A DNA stretch of 64,000 nucleotides from Kofleriaceae bacterium (GTDB taxonomy: Bacteria > Myxococcota_A > Polyangia > Haliangiales > Haliangiaceae), in the NCBI GenBank assembly GCA_965215005.1, contig CBDCCZ010000037.1, positions 37,209 through 101,208 on the forward strand, read 5' to 3'. Position 1 is the stretch's first letter, and the number at the start of each line of letters is the position of its first letter. Shown here piece after piece: positions 20,816 through 30,858 of this stretch. Under the pieces are notes generated by a model. That model searched no databases. It was not told the DNA's origin and saw nothing but the letters and a program-made list of their open reading frames with translations. Both the position numbers and the translations under genes were made by a program.

Positions 20816-21823
20816 TCAGTCCTCGCCGCGTTCGACGTCGTCCCAGCACCAACCGTGGGTTCCTAGGCTGGCGCACAGCAGCGCCGACTCGCTCGGCTCG
20901 AGAAGGCACGGCGCGGCTTGCCAGCTCGCCTCATCGACGCACGGGATGCCGCGCGCGCGAAGTGGCTCGAGTGAGGGCTTTGGCGCGGTCTCATCGCCCG
21001 GTTTCACGCCGGCGTCCTCGAGCACGAATAGATAATCCTTGAGTCCTTCCATGAGCGGCATGAGCTCGTAGGGGTGGGGACGCAAGTCCTCTCGAACACC
21101 GTAGCGCAGCATCTGGGCCATGCAGTAGAGGCGCGCGGCCGCGAGATCGAGCGATTCGCCGTGATTGCTGCCGACGAAGAATCGCAGTACCGGATACGCT
21201 GAATGCTTCGGCTCGAGACTAGCGAAGGCAGATTCTAGCGATTGCAGGCGCTTCACCAGCGGCGAAAAGCCCTGGCCATCGAAGCTTTGGACGAGTGCAT
21301 CCGTCGGGCAGCTGCCGAGCATCGCCACCCGCTTGGCCATGCCACGCTCATCGGACGCCGCGGAAACGACGGGGACGAGGTAGCTGATGGAGAGGGTGAA
21401 GATCGCAAAGCCATAGCCGCCGGCGACCCCGACGAGGAGCTGATAGATCCATGAGCTGGCGGTGAAGTCGCCGATGCCCAGCGTCGACATGGTGTAGCCG
21501 GTGAAGTACATCCGATCCATGAGATCGGCGCCCACCTTGGTGGTGGAATTGACGATGGCGCTCGGCTCGGCACTAAAGATCAGCAGCCAGCCGAGCCATC
21601 CCAAGAACAGCCACGACAGAAACACCGTCGCCAACAAGATGGCGCCCACTCCAGGACGCAGCCGTTTGCTGCGAAACGCCCACGGCACCAAGACCAGGTG
21701 GGCGAGTCGATTGATGAAGTTGGTGAGCGGCCCGCCGCGGCTCAGAGTGAGCGTGGTGGCGAGGATGTCGACAGCGACGAGAAGGAGCAGCAGCACGCCC
21801 GCTGCGGATACGACGTAGACCAT
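20816..21823 (-). CDS. Potassium channel family protein (Ion_trans_2)
   Basis: TM helices and YFTGYTMSTLGIGDF pore motif. Confidence 0.8.
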   Translation of the reverse strand: MVYVVSAAGVLLLLLVAVDILATTLTLSRGGPLTNFINRLAHLVLVPWAFRSKRLRPGVGAILLATVFLSWLFLGWLGWLLIFSAEPSAIVNSTTKVGADLMDRMYFTGYTMSTLGIGDFTASSWIYQLLVGVAGGYGFAIFTLSISYLVPVVSAASDERGMAKRVAMLGSCPTDALVQSFDGQGFSPLVKRLQSLESAFASLEPKHSAYPVLRFFVGSNHGESLDLAAARLYCMAQMLRYGVREDLRPHPYELMPLMEGLKDYLFVLEDAGVKPGDETAPKPSLEPLRARGIPCVDEASWQAAPCLLEPSESALLCASLGTHGWCWDDVERGED

Positions 21824-21904
21824 GCTGGCAGTGTCATGCGCTGATTCGCTTGGCTATGCAATCGAGCCCGCCGAACGCGGCTCTGCCGTGCTCCCTGCGC
21901 CGCG

Positions 21905-22813
21905 TTAGCCCCACACGGGGCTGAGCCAGTCTTCTCGGCGTCGCACGCGACCATGCACGACGTCTTGAAAGTAAGCCCCTAGCTTCTTGGTCATTGGACC
22001 GATATCGCCGCCACCGACGGTGCGCCGGTCCACGGAACGCACCGGCGTGACCTGGGCGCCGGTGCCGCAAAGGAACATCTCGTCGGCAAAGTAGAGCTCG
22101 CTGCGGCCAATGGCGCGCTCCTCGAACGCCATGCCGAGATCTTCGGTGGCCATGGTGATGAGGCTCTTGCGCGTGATGCCATCGAGGTTGTCCTCGGTCG
22201 AGGGCGGGCTGATGAGCACGTTGTCGCGCACTAGAAAGACGTGCTCGGCGCTGCCCTCGCTGACCTTGCCGTTCTCGGTGATGAAGATTGCCTCATCAAA
22301 GCCGTTGTCGAGCGCTTCGCGGCGGGCGAGCGCGCTGTTTAGGTAGCCGCCGGTGGGCTTGAAGCGGGCGGGAATCGCGTTATCGGGAATGCGCCGCCAC
22401 GAGCTGATGCATACGTCGATGGCGTCTTTGTCGATATACCGCTTCAGCGGCATGCAAAAGGCGATGAACGACGATGTCTCCTCATCGAGCACGGGCGCCA
22501 GTTGCGTGGAGTTGTGAATCAGCAGCGGTCGGATGTAGACGTCGTGGTGGACCTCGTTCTTGCGCAATAGCTCGAGCAAGAGTTGGCCGGTCTCGCGCTC
22601 GCTGCCTGGCATGCGCAGATAGAGCCCCTTGGCGGCCAAGGCCAGGCGGCGGATATGAGCGTCGAGACGAAACACGAACACCTCGCGACCGTCGTCGCTG
22701 AGGTAGCCGCGGATACCGCCGAAGCAGCCAAGCCCGTAGTTGAGCGCGCGCGAACGAACGCTAACAGTCGCGTCGTCGTCGGCGACCCACTTGCCGTCGA
22801 TGTACGTGGTCAT
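21905..22813 (-). CDS. ilvE: Branched-chain amino acid aminotransferase
   Basis: LNYGLGCFGGIR, catalytic K in RFKPTGGY, SEGS, LDGITR, GTGAQVTP. Confidence 0.88.
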   Translation of the reverse strand: MTTYIDGKWVADDDATVSVRSRALNYGLGCFGGIRGYLSDDGREVFVFRLDAHIRRLALAAKGLYLRMPGSERETGQLLLELLRKNEVHHDVYIRPLLIHNSTQLAPVLDEETSSFIAFCMPLKRYIDKDAIDVCISSWRRIPDNAIPARFKPTGGYLNSALARREALDNGFDEAIFITENGKVSEGSAEHVFLVRDNVLISPPSTEDNLDGITRKSLITMATEDLGMAFEERAIGRSELYFADEMFLCGTGAQVTPVRSVDRRTVGGGDIGPMTKKLGAYFQDVVHGRVRRREDWLSPVWG

Positions 22814-22908
22814 CAGACCGGCAGCATGCCAGAAATTCTCCAGCTTTCGCCGCGCAAACCGCGGCTCGTGTCCGCGCAGCGCAAAAAATGCCGTGATATC
22901 GTTGCTGC

Positions 22909-23886
22909 ATGTATGTGCTCGTGACCGGCGCGAGCGGCTTCATCGGCCGGCGTTTGGTGCGCCGCCTGATCGCTGACGGCCACCGCGTTCGCGCTCTGCA
23001 GATGCCTGCCGACGTCGCTGCGCCGCTCGCAGGCACAGAGCCATTTCGCGCTGATCTCACCGATGTCGACGCGATGCGGCGCGCCTGCGAGGGCATCGAT
23101 TGGATCTTCCACCTCGCCGCGAGAGTTGGCGACTGGGGCACGGAGGAAGAGTTCGTGAGCGTCAACGTCGAGGGCACGCGCAATCTCCTCGAGGGCGCGT
23201 GGGCAGCGCGATGTTCACGCGTGGTGATGGTCTCGAGCATCGTTGTCTATGGATGGCGCTTGCACGATGGCCAGTGTGACGAAGACGCGCCGCGCGAGTA
23301 TGGCGTTGGCCCGTATGGCCGCACCAAGCGCGCTTCTGAAGAATTGGCCCTCGACTACCACGCTTTCGGGCGCGTGCCGGTCACCGTTGTGCGGCCGGGC
23401 AACGTATTCGGACCGGGGAGCGGCCTGTGGGTCGATGAGCTCGCGCGGGTGATTCGCGCCGGCCAAGGCCTTTTGATCGACGGTGGCGCAGGCGATGCGA
23501 CCTTGGCGTATGTCGACAATGTGGTCGAGGTCATCGCTGCTGCCACCGCGGTTGCCGCCGAAGGTCGCATCTACAATGTCAACGACGGCAGCGGCGTGAC
23601 GTGGCGACAGTATTTCGCCGATCTCGCCGGGCTGCTGGGCTGCCCGCCGCCAACTCGCAGCGTTCCTAGTGGCGTGGCGATGGCGACTGCGGCGGCGCTG
23701 GAGCGCGTATGGCGCGCCTTGCGCCGCAGCGATCGGCCGCTCGTCACGCGTGAAGCGGTGACGCTACTTGCCTCACGGCACGCGGTGCCGATCGAACGCG
23801 CTCGCCGCGAGCTGAATTTTCGGCCCGTACCCTACGAGCATGCGATGGCCGCGGTGGCCGACTACGTACGCGGAGAGCTCTCATGA
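22909..23886 (+). CDS. NAD-dependent epimerase/dehydratase (3-beta-HSD-like SDR)
   Basis: VTGASGFIG, HLAA, YGRTK (YxxxK). Confidence 0.9.
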   Translation: MYVLVTGASGFIGRRLVRRLIADGHRVRALQMPADVAAPLAGTEPFRADLTDVDAMRRACEGIDWIFHLAARVGDWGTEEEFVSVNVEGTRNLLEGAWAARCSRVVMVSSIVVYGWRLHDGQCDEDAPREYGVGPYGRTKRASEELALDYHAFGRVPVTVVRPGNVFGPGSGLWVDELARVIRAGQGLLIDGGAGDATLAYVDNVVEVIAAATAVAAEGRIYNVNDGSGVTWRQYFADLAGLLGCPPPTRSVPSGVAMATAAALERVWRALRRSDRPLVTREAVTLLASRHAVPIERARRELNFRPVPYEHAMAAVADYVRGELS

Positions 23887-24785
23887 ACGCGCGCTGGGCC
23901 ATCGCATTGTTGGCGCTGCTGGCTTGTGACCCCAGTGCGAGCACTACTGACGTGGAGGCGGCGCTCGCCGGTCCCCATGCGCAGGCGTGGGAGAGCTGCG
24001 TCACCTCGGGCGACTGCACCGACGGACTTCGCTGTTTCGCGACCATGTGTCGGCCGCCCGAGGTATCGACGCTGGGCGACTACTACTGGGTAGCCGCGAG
24101 CCGTGCTCTCGACGAGGGCCGCCTGAACGCCGCGATCGAGCATTACGGCAAAGCCGGCAGCCAGTACGAGGCCGAAACACTGGACGTGCCGCTGGCGCTG
24201 CGGTGCGAGCGCGGCCATGCCTTGGTGCTCGGTCGAGACCGCGCCGATCGAGCTGAGGAGGGTGCGCGGGTGCTCCACGCTTGCTTGCTCGCGGCGCCTC
24301 CCGCGTCGCCGCTGCGAGTGCAAGCGCTACGCGACCTAGCGGTCCTTGCCGACCAGGGCCTCGACCCGCTGCTACTAGCCCGCGCCGAGCTTGCACCTAA
24401 GTACTTGGTCAAGGTATCGCGCAGGCCGAGCGAGGGCGTCGAGGTCGTGGTGACGAGCGACGCCAAGACCTCGGCGCGCTCGCATCGCACCGTCCTCGAG
24501 GCGCTGCGTTCGGCAACGCTCGAGTCCGAGCTGATGGCGTGCTGGCAAGCGCAGTGGGAGGAAGCGGAGGGCGCGGCGCTGACCACGGAGGTGCCTTTGG
24601 TGCATCGCTTCGTGCAGGGAACCTATGAGGAGGACGATCGCTGGCGCGTGCAGGTGGATGGGCCGCCTCCGGCCGCCGCCTCGCCCAACGGTTGCATTTG
24701 GGGCGTGGTCGAGAAGCTGACGTCGACGCTGCGCTCGACGGGCGGTGGCCCCTGGAGCGGCACGGTAACCATCTCGATCAAGTAG
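23883..24785 (+). CDS. Hypothetical lipoprotein
   Basis: LLAC lipobox; small Cys-rich motif; ATGA overlap with the upstream gene. Confidence 0.65.
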   Translation: MNARWAIALLALLACDPSASTTDVEAALAGPHAQAWESCVTSGDCTDGLRCFATMCRPPEVSTLGDYYWVAASRALDEGRLNAAIEHYGKAGSQYEAETLDVPLALRCERGHALVLGRDRADRAEEGARVLHACLLAAPPASPLRVQALRDLAVLADQGLDPLLLARAELAPKYLVKVSRRPSEGVEVVVTSDAKTSARSHRTVLEALRSATLESELMACWQAQWEEAEGAALTTEVPLVHRFVQGTYEEDDRWRVQVDGPPPAAASPNGCIWGVVEKLTSTLRSTGGGPWSGTVTISIK

Positions 24786-24885
24786 GCGGGCTCCTAATCG
24801 CGAGCTGACGCGCGCGCCGGCTCGTCTGCGGCGGCGCTCTACGACAGTGCTTGCCGGCCAATAGCGTCCATGGTAGCTACCGGCG

Positions 24886-25956
24886 GTGCCGAGCCCCGTC
24901 GACGTGCGTGCTCTCGATCTCGCCGAGACCCAAGCCTTCGTGACCAGCGAGCTCGGTGAGCCGCGGTTCCGGGGCGAGCAGCTGTTTCGCTGGGTGCATC
25001 AGCACGGCGCCACGTCGTTCGCGGCGATGACCAACCTCTCTGCGGCCTTGCGCGAAAAGCTCGCGATCCGCGCCACGCTCGGAACGCTTGCGGTGGACGA
25101 GGTGCAGACGAGCCGCGACGGCACGCGCAAGCTGCGGCTTCTCACCCGCGAAGGTCGCGCTATCGAGAGCGTGTTGATTCCCGATGGCGACAAGCTCACC
25201 CAATGCATTAGCTCGCAGGTGGGCTGCGCGCTCGACTGTCAATTTTGCGCCACGGCGCGGCTCGGTCTCAGCCGTCATCTCGATGCCGGCGAGATCGTCG
25301 ACCAGGTGTACCGTGCCCGCGCGTTGCTCGAGACCGTCGAGCCGGCTCGTCGCATCACCAACATCGTCTACATGGGAATGGGCGAGCCGCTGCACAATTA
25401 CGATAACGTGCTGCGCTCGCTGCGCATCCTCACCGCCGAGCTTGGCGCCAACCTCTCGCAGCGGCGCATCACGGTGTCGACGGTGGGCTTGGTGCCGCGC
25501 ATTCGTGCGCTCGGCGGCGAAGCGATCCGGCCCAATCTCGCGGTGTCCCTCAATGCCTCGACCGATGCCGTACGCGACCAGATCATGCCGGTCAATCGCA
25601 AGTGGAACATCGCGGCGCTGCTCGGGGCGCTGCGCGAGTTTCCGCTCGAGAAGCGGCGGCGCATCACGTTCGAGTACGTGCTACTCGAAGGCGTCAACGA
25701 CTCCATCGCTGACGCTGCACGCGTGGCCTCGCTGCTCCGCGGTATCCCTTCCAAGCTCAACATCATCCCGTGGAATCCGCATCCAGGCGCGCCGTATCGA
25801 CGGCCGACCGCAGACGCCATCGACGCGTTTCAGCATGAAGCCAAGCGGCGCGGGGTCGCGACGTATCTGCGCACGCCGCGCGGCGACGACATCGCGGCGG
25901 CGTGTGGCCAGCTCGCAAACCGCGCCGGTGATGGCCTGGTAGCGCTTCGTCGCTAG
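24886..25956 (+). CDS. rlmN: Dual-specificity rRNA/tRNA m2A methyltransferase RlmN
   Basis: CISSQVGCALDCQFC radical SAM motif, MGMGEPL, DIAAACGQL. Confidence 0.96.
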   Translation: MPSPVDVRALDLAETQAFVTSELGEPRFRGEQLFRWVHQHGATSFAAMTNLSAALREKLAIRATLGTLAVDEVQTSRDGTRKLRLLTREGRAIESVLIPDGDKLTQCISSQVGCALDCQFCATARLGLSRHLDAGEIVDQVYRARALLETVEPARRITNIVYMGMGEPLHNYDNVLRSLRILTAELGANLSQRRITVSTVGLVPRIRALGGEAIRPNLAVSLNASTDAVRDQIMPVNRKWNIAALLGALREFPLEKRRRITFEYVLLEGVNDSIADAARVASLLRGIPSKLNIIPWNPHPGAPYRRPTADAIDAFQHEAKRRGVATYLRTPRGDDIAAACGQLANRAGDGLVALRR

Positions 25957-25986
25957 GGCGACCCCGCCAGTAACGCCTGTAGCGAC

Positions 25987-26002
25987 AGGCACCCTGGTTG
26001 CA
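25987..26002 (+). promoter_or_regulatory. sigma54 -24/-12 promoter
   Basis: AGGCACCCTGGTTGCA (GG-N10-GC) upstream of ORF 26066. Confidence 0.65.
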
Positions 26003-26065
26003 GGTGCTGTCGTCGTCGCAAGCCCTGTTCTCCACTCTGGGCGGCAGCGGCGAGGAGTTGTTGAT

Positions 26066-26908
26066 ATGGGAGTGAACCAGTCCCTCCAGCCAACGGTCGG
26101 CAGCCGAGCTGCTGTTGCGCAGCCGATCAGCGAGCTCACGTACATTGGCCACGTGTTCGTGCATCCGTCCAACGTGATCCTGTTGACGGCAATCATGTTG
26201 GTCGGGCTGGTGAGCAAGAGCCTGTGGGCTCTGCCCCTGGCGCTGTTTGCGCAGCTTTTCATGGTGGCGGTGGTTCGCCAGTGGTCGGTATTTCGCGGCA
26301 GCGTGGAGCGGATTCTAAAGGAGCGCGAGGAGTTGGCTCGCATCCAAGCCCGGGAGCGGCTGTTTGCGCGTATGCGCGATGATCATCGCCAGCAGCTCGA
26401 GCGTCTCGAATTGCTGGTGCAGCGCATCGAGGACGAAGAGCGCGGCGTCGAAGGGGCGCTGGCGCGTCGGCTCGACGTGCGCGGCTTGCTCGTGACATAC
26501 ACCGACGCGGCGATTGAGATTCGCCGCGCGCAAGAAGCTTTGATCGCCAGCGATCGCGGTGGGCTGCACCAACAGATCCAGCTGCTCGAGAGTGGTCTCA
26601 TCAGGGGACGTCACTGCCCGATGGCGAAGGTGCGCTCGCAACGCATCGAGGTCCTAAAAAAGCGGGCTGCGCGTCTCGAACGCAGTCGACAGCGGCTGTC
26701 GATCCTCGAGGAGCAGCTCCGCACCATCGCTGATTTGATTCGGCTGGTATACGAGCAGGCCACCGAACCCACGGGGCCATCGCTCTGCGGCGACGCCATC
26801 GAGAGCGTTTGGGCGGACCTGCAGGCGAGCGAAGGCGTCGCAACCGAGGTGGCGCGCGGCGTCCGCCGCGACGACCGGCAGGTGGTGACACTCGAAGTGA
26901 TGCGTTAG
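26066..26908 (+). CDS. Hypothetical membrane-anchored coiled-coil protein
   Basis: Two N-terminal hydrophobic helices followed by a long heptad-rich region; GAGGAG RBS. Confidence 0.7.
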   Translation: MGVNQSLQPTVGSRAAVAQPISELTYIGHVFVHPSNVILLTAIMLVGLVSKSLWALPLALFAQLFMVAVVRQWSVFRGSVERILKEREELARIQARERLFARMRDDHRQQLERLELLVQRIEDEERGVEGALARRLDVRGLLVTYTDAAIEIRRAQEALIASDRGGLHQQIQLLESGLIRGRHCPMAKVRSQRIEVLKKRAARLERSRQRLSILEEQLRTIADLIRLVYEQATEPTGPSLCGDAIESVWADLQASEGVATEVARGVRRDDRQVVTLEVMR

Positions 26909-27768
26909 GACGATTGCTGCGGCGGCTCTTGGAGCGCTGAGGGAGAGAACGGCGCTGGGCTCGCGTGGTCGGTACCGATAGCCTGGGCGACGGCGTCACG
27001 AACCCAGCGGCTCGGATGCCCGGTGATGCGGCGCAGCGCAGCGGCTGCGGCGACTGGTGCGCCCGCGCGAAGGCGACGCAGCACGACGACTGCATTCTCG
27101 ACCAACGCGACGTCATGCGCGGCGATTGCCTGCGCTAGCAGCTCTTCATAGGCGATGGTCACCTCATTGGGCGCAGTGATCGCCGCGGCGTCGATGACCG
27201 CGCGCGCTGCACTCGCGACGCGCACCTCAGAGCTCTCGGCGCATGAGGCCAACGTCGGCAGCGCCGTGGTGAAGTAGCCGAGCTCGCTAGCCTTGCGCAG
27301 CCCAGCGATCGCCACGAGGCGAATCGAGACGTCCGAGTCCACCGCGGCTGCCCGCAACACGGCCACGCAGCGCTGCGATGCTTCCTCCAGATGACAGGCC
27401 GCGGACTCTACGGCAGCGCGTCGCACCTCGCAAACCTCATCCTTGGCCAAGTGCTCGACGGCGGAGAGCGCCGCGACCGCGTCGAGGCAACACAGCGCGC
27501 GAGCGATGGCCGCCCGTCTCTGCCACGAGCTCGAAACCGCCCATTCGGCGATAACGGAGGTGCGGGCAAGCCCGTCGGCACGGCGCAGTACTTTGGCCAA
27601 TGCCGCTGCCGCTGCAGCGCGAACCAAGACCGAAGAGTCATCGGCGGCGCCAGCGATGAGCTCCTTGAGCCGGTAGAGCGGCAGCGGCGCGTCAGCGAGT
27701 AGCTCCGTCGCTCGCACGCGCACCTCGCAATGTTCATCTGCTAGCGCTGCCTCGATCCTCGCTGCCAT
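26905..27768 (-). CDS. HEAT repeat protein
   Basis: Repeats such as EVRVRATELL, LVRAAAAAAL and EVRRAAVESA; GGAGGG RBS before ATG 27768. Confidence 0.65.
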   Translation of the reverse strand: MAARIEAALADEHCEVRVRATELLADAPLPLYRLKELIAGAADDSSVLVRAAAAAALAKVLRRADGLARTSVIAEWAVSSSWQRRAAIARALCCLDAVAALSAVEHLAKDEVCEVRRAAVESAACHLEEASQRCVAVLRAAAVDSDVSIRLVAIAGLRKASELGYFTTALPTLASCAESSEVRVASAARAVIDAAAITAPNEVTIAYEELLAQAIAAHDVALVENAVVVLRRLRAGAPVAAAAALRRITGHPSRWVRDAVAQAIGTDHASPAPFSPSALQEPPQQSS

Positions 27769-27792
27769 AAGCCCTCCCGTAGAGCTTCGTGG

Positions 27793-27808
27793 TGCGGAGG
27801 TCGTGCCA
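27793..27808 (-). promoter_or_regulatory. sigma54 -24/-12 promoter
   Basis: TGGCACGACCTCCGCA on the minus strand upstream of the HEAT gene. Confidence 0.55.
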
Positions 27809-27841
27809 ACCGGGTCGCAGTGGCAGGACACGTTGCGAAAC

Positions 27842-27899
27842 GTTTTGGCATGCGCGGAGCACGCGCGGAGGTTTTGGCATGCGCGGAGCACGCGCGGAG
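27842..27899 (+). repeat. Perfect 29-bp tandem direct repeat (2 copies)
   Basis: GTTTTGGCATGCGCGGAGCACGCGCGGAG at 27842-27870 and 27871-27899. Confidence 0.9.
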
Positions 27900-28071
27900 A
27901 CAGCAGCGCCGGTTGAGCTGCCGGGATTGCGCCGCGCACGCCGCGCCGCGTCGTGGTGGGCAACGCTGTGGGCTCCAAGTGGCACGGTGAGGCGAGCTAG
28001 CACGTGGCACGGCGCGCAGCCGCCGCGATGGGACACATGGTTTTGCACGGCGCGTGCATTGAGATGCCTCC

Positions 28072-30849
28072 ATGGTCGCGCCCCATCCTGATGCACCCAG
28101 GGATTCTCCACCCGAGCGGGTCGAGCTCGACGCGAGCGAAAGGCGCGAGGACACGCGCGACCACACCTCGAGCCAGAAATCCGGCCGAGCGAGCAACGGC
28201 GATGCGGGGGCGTTGCGCCCAAACGCCGCTGAAGTGACCGAGTGGACAGAAGCGCTCGATGATGTCATGCGTCGCTACGGCGCGAGCGGCGTGCAGCACG
28301 TGGTCGAGGCGGTGCAGTCGCATGCGATGCGGGCGGGCGTGCCGGCGCGATTTCAGCGCTGCACTCCGTACGTCAACACCATTCCAAAGGCGCTAGAACC
28401 GCGTTATCCGGGCGATCTGGCGATCGAGCGCCGCATCAAGAGCTTGATTCGCTGGAACGCGATGGCGATGGTGGTGCGCGCCAATCGCGAGTCGGATGGC
28501 GTCGGTGGCCACATATCCACGTATGCGTCGGCCGCGACGCTGTACGAGGTCGCCCTGCAGCACTTCCTCCGCGGCGCCAGCGAGGAGCACCCGGGCGACT
28601 TGGTGTTCATCCAAGGGCATGCATCGCCGGGTATCTATGCGCGGGCGTATCTCGAAGGGCGGTTGGACGAGGACACGCTGCGGCATTTCCGCCGCGAGGT
28701 CGGCGGCGGCGGGCTGTCGTCGTATCCGCACCCGCACTTGATGCCCGATTTCTGGCAGTTCCCTACCGTCTCCATGGGGCTCGGGCCGCTCATGGCCATT
28801 TATCAGGCGCGTTTTCTCCACTACCTGCGCGACCGCGGGGTCGTCGATCCGGGCGATCGCAAGGTCTGGTGCTTCATAGGCGACGGTGAGACGGATGAGC
28901 CTGAAACCCTCGGTTCGCTGTCGCTCGCGGCCCGAGAAGGGCTCGACAATCTCATCTTCGTCGTGAACTGCAACCTGCAGCGGCTCGACGGCCCTGTGCG
29001 CGGCAACGGCAAGATCATCCAGGAGCTCGAGGGCGTGTTCCACGGCGCGGGATGGAACGTCATCAAAGTCATTTGGGGGAGCGACTGGGATCCGCTTCTC
29101 GCCGCGGATCGCAGCGGCGCGCTCATCGAACGCATGAATGAAGCGGTGGATGGTGAGTTCCAAGCGTACAGCGTCGAGTCGGGTAGCTACATCCGCGAGG
29201 AATTCTTCGGCTCGGAGGAGCTGGCGCGACTGGTCGATCATCTATCCGACGAGGAGCTTCGGAGGCTAAAGCGCGGCGGCCACGACCCTCGCAAGGTATA
29301 CGCGGCGTATCGCGCAGCCATGGAGCATCGCGGCGGTCCAACGGTGATTCTCGCCAAGACCATCAAGGGCTACGGGCTTGGTGAGGCGGGCGAGGGTCGC
29401 AACGTCACCCATCAGCAGAAGAAGCTCAACGAAGAGGAGCTGCGAGAGTTCCGCGCTCGCTTCGGAATTCCGCTCGGCGATGACGAAGTGCGCGACGTCG
29501 CTTTCTATAAACCTGCTGCCGATAGCCCCGAGATGCGTTACTTGCGCGAGCGGCGGGAGGCTTTGGGTGGTCACGTGCCGACGCGACAGGTTGCCGTCGA
29601 GCCGCTGGAGCCGCCAGCAGCAGTGGTCTTCGAGGAGTTTCATCGCGGCAGCGGCGATCGACCTGCGGCTACCACGGCGGCGTTCGTGCGGCTCTTGCAT
29701 CGACTGCTCAGCGATGAGGCGGTGGGTGAGCGTGTCGTTCCCATCGTGCCCGATGAAGCGCGCACGTTCGGAATGGACGGCTTGTTTCGCAAGCACGGTA
29801 TCTACGCGCACGGAGGTCAGCTGTACGAGCCGGTCGACAAGAAGAACCTGCTCTACTACCGCGAGGCCAAAGACGGTGCGATTCTCGAAGAGGGCATCAC
29901 CGAGGCCGGATCGATGTCATCGTTCATCGCGGCTGGCACCGCCTACGCCAACCTCGGCGTCGAGATGCTGCCGTTTTTTACGTTTTACTCGATGTTCGGC
30001 TTTCAACGGGTGGGAGACCTCATTTGGGCGGCCGGGGACGCGCAGGCCAAGGGCTTCTTGCTCGGAGGTACTGCTGGCCGCACCACGCTCAACGGCGAAG
30101 GATTGCAGCATCAAGACGGTCACAGCCATGTGCTCGCTGCGACCGTGCCCAATGTGAAAGCCTTCGATCCGGCGTACGCCTATGAATTGGCAGTAATTAT
30201 AGAAGATGGCATCCAGAGGATGCTCGATGGCCAGGTTTGGCTGTACTACTTGACGCTCTATAACGAGCCCTATGCGATGCCCGCCATGCCCGACGACGCA
30301 CGAGAAGGGATCTTGCGCGGCATGTACCGGTTGCGCGAACGCTCGGCGGAGGGGCCGGTGGTGACGCTCTGGGCTTCGGGACCGCTGGTTCCGGAAGCGA
30401 TAGTGGCGCAAGACCGGCTGGCCGAGGAGCTAGGTATCGCCTCCGAGCTCTGGAGCGTGACTTCGTATAAGGAGCTGCGCGCCGACGCTCTCGAGGTCGA
30501 GCGTTACAATCGACTGCATCCAGACGAGCCGCAGCGGCAGAGCTACCTCGAGACCATGCTCGACACGATGAACGGGCCGATCGTCGCGGTGAGCGATTGG
30601 ATGCGGCTGGTGGTCGAGCAGGTGGCGCGATGGGTAGCGGGACCGATGGTGGTGCTTGGCACCGATGGGTACGGGCGCAGCGATACGCGGGCTGCCCTGC
30701 GGCGTCACTTCGAGGTCGATGCGGCGCATATTGCGTACGCGGCGGCGTCGGCGCTCGCTGATGACGGACTGCTCGATGAGAGCGCGTTGCGTCGAGCACG
30801 AGAGGCGATGGCCATCGATCCAGACGCGATCGATCCACTCCAGGCATAG
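28072..30849 (+). CDS. aceE: Pyruvate dehydrogenase E1, homodimeric type
   Basis: GGHISTYAS, QGHASPG, FPTVSMGLG, GDGETDEPE, NGEGLQHQD. Confidence 0.96.
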   Translation: MVAPHPDAPRDSPPERVELDASERREDTRDHTSSQKSGRASNGDAGALRPNAAEVTEWTEALDDVMRRYGASGVQHVVEAVQSHAMRAGVPARFQRCTPYVNTIPKALEPRYPGDLAIERRIKSLIRWNAMAMVVRANRESDGVGGHISTYASAATLYEVALQHFLRGASEEHPGDLVFIQGHASPGIYARAYLEGRLDEDTLRHFRREVGGGGLSSYPHPHLMPDFWQFPTVSMGLGPLMAIYQARFLHYLRDRGVVDPGDRKVWCFIGDGETDEPETLGSLSLAAREGLDNLIFVVNCNLQRLDGPVRGNGKIIQELEGVFHGAGWNVIKVIWGSDWDPLLAADRSGALIERMNEAVDGEFQAYSVESGSYIREEFFGSEELARLVDHLSDEELRRLKRGGHDPRKVYAAYRAAMEHRGGPTVILAKTIKGYGLGEAGEGRNVTHQQKKLNEEELREFRARFGIPLGDDEVRDVAFYKPAADSPEMRYLRERREALGGHVPTRQVAVEPLEPPAAVVFEEFHRGSGDRPAATTAAFVRLLHRLLSDEAVGERVVPIVPDEARTFGMDGLFRKHGIYAHGGQLYEPVDKKNLLYYREAKDGAILEEGITEAGSMSSFIAAGTAYANLGVEMLPFFTFYSMFGFQRVGDLIWAAGDAQAKGFLLGGTAGRTTLNGEGLQHQDGHSHVLAATVPNVKAFDPAYAYELAVIIEDGIQRMLDGQVWLYYLTLYNEPYAMPAMPDDAREGILRGMYRLRERSAEGPVVTLWASGPLVPEAIVAQDRLAEELGIASELWSVTSYKELRADALEVERYNRLHPDEPQRQSYLETMLDTMNGPIVAVSDWMRLVVEQVARWVAGPMVVLGTDGYGRSDTRAALRRHFEVDAAHIAYAAASALADDGLLDESALRRAREAMAIDPDAIDPLQA

Positions 30850-30858
30850 GAGACAGCG

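Noticed and set aside
27842..27899. CRISPR array
   Set aside because: Only two adjacent 29-bp copies with no spacer and no cas genes
28043..28058. TTGCACGGCGCGTGCA upstream of aceE as a sigma54 promoter
   Set aside because: Lacks the invariant GG at -24
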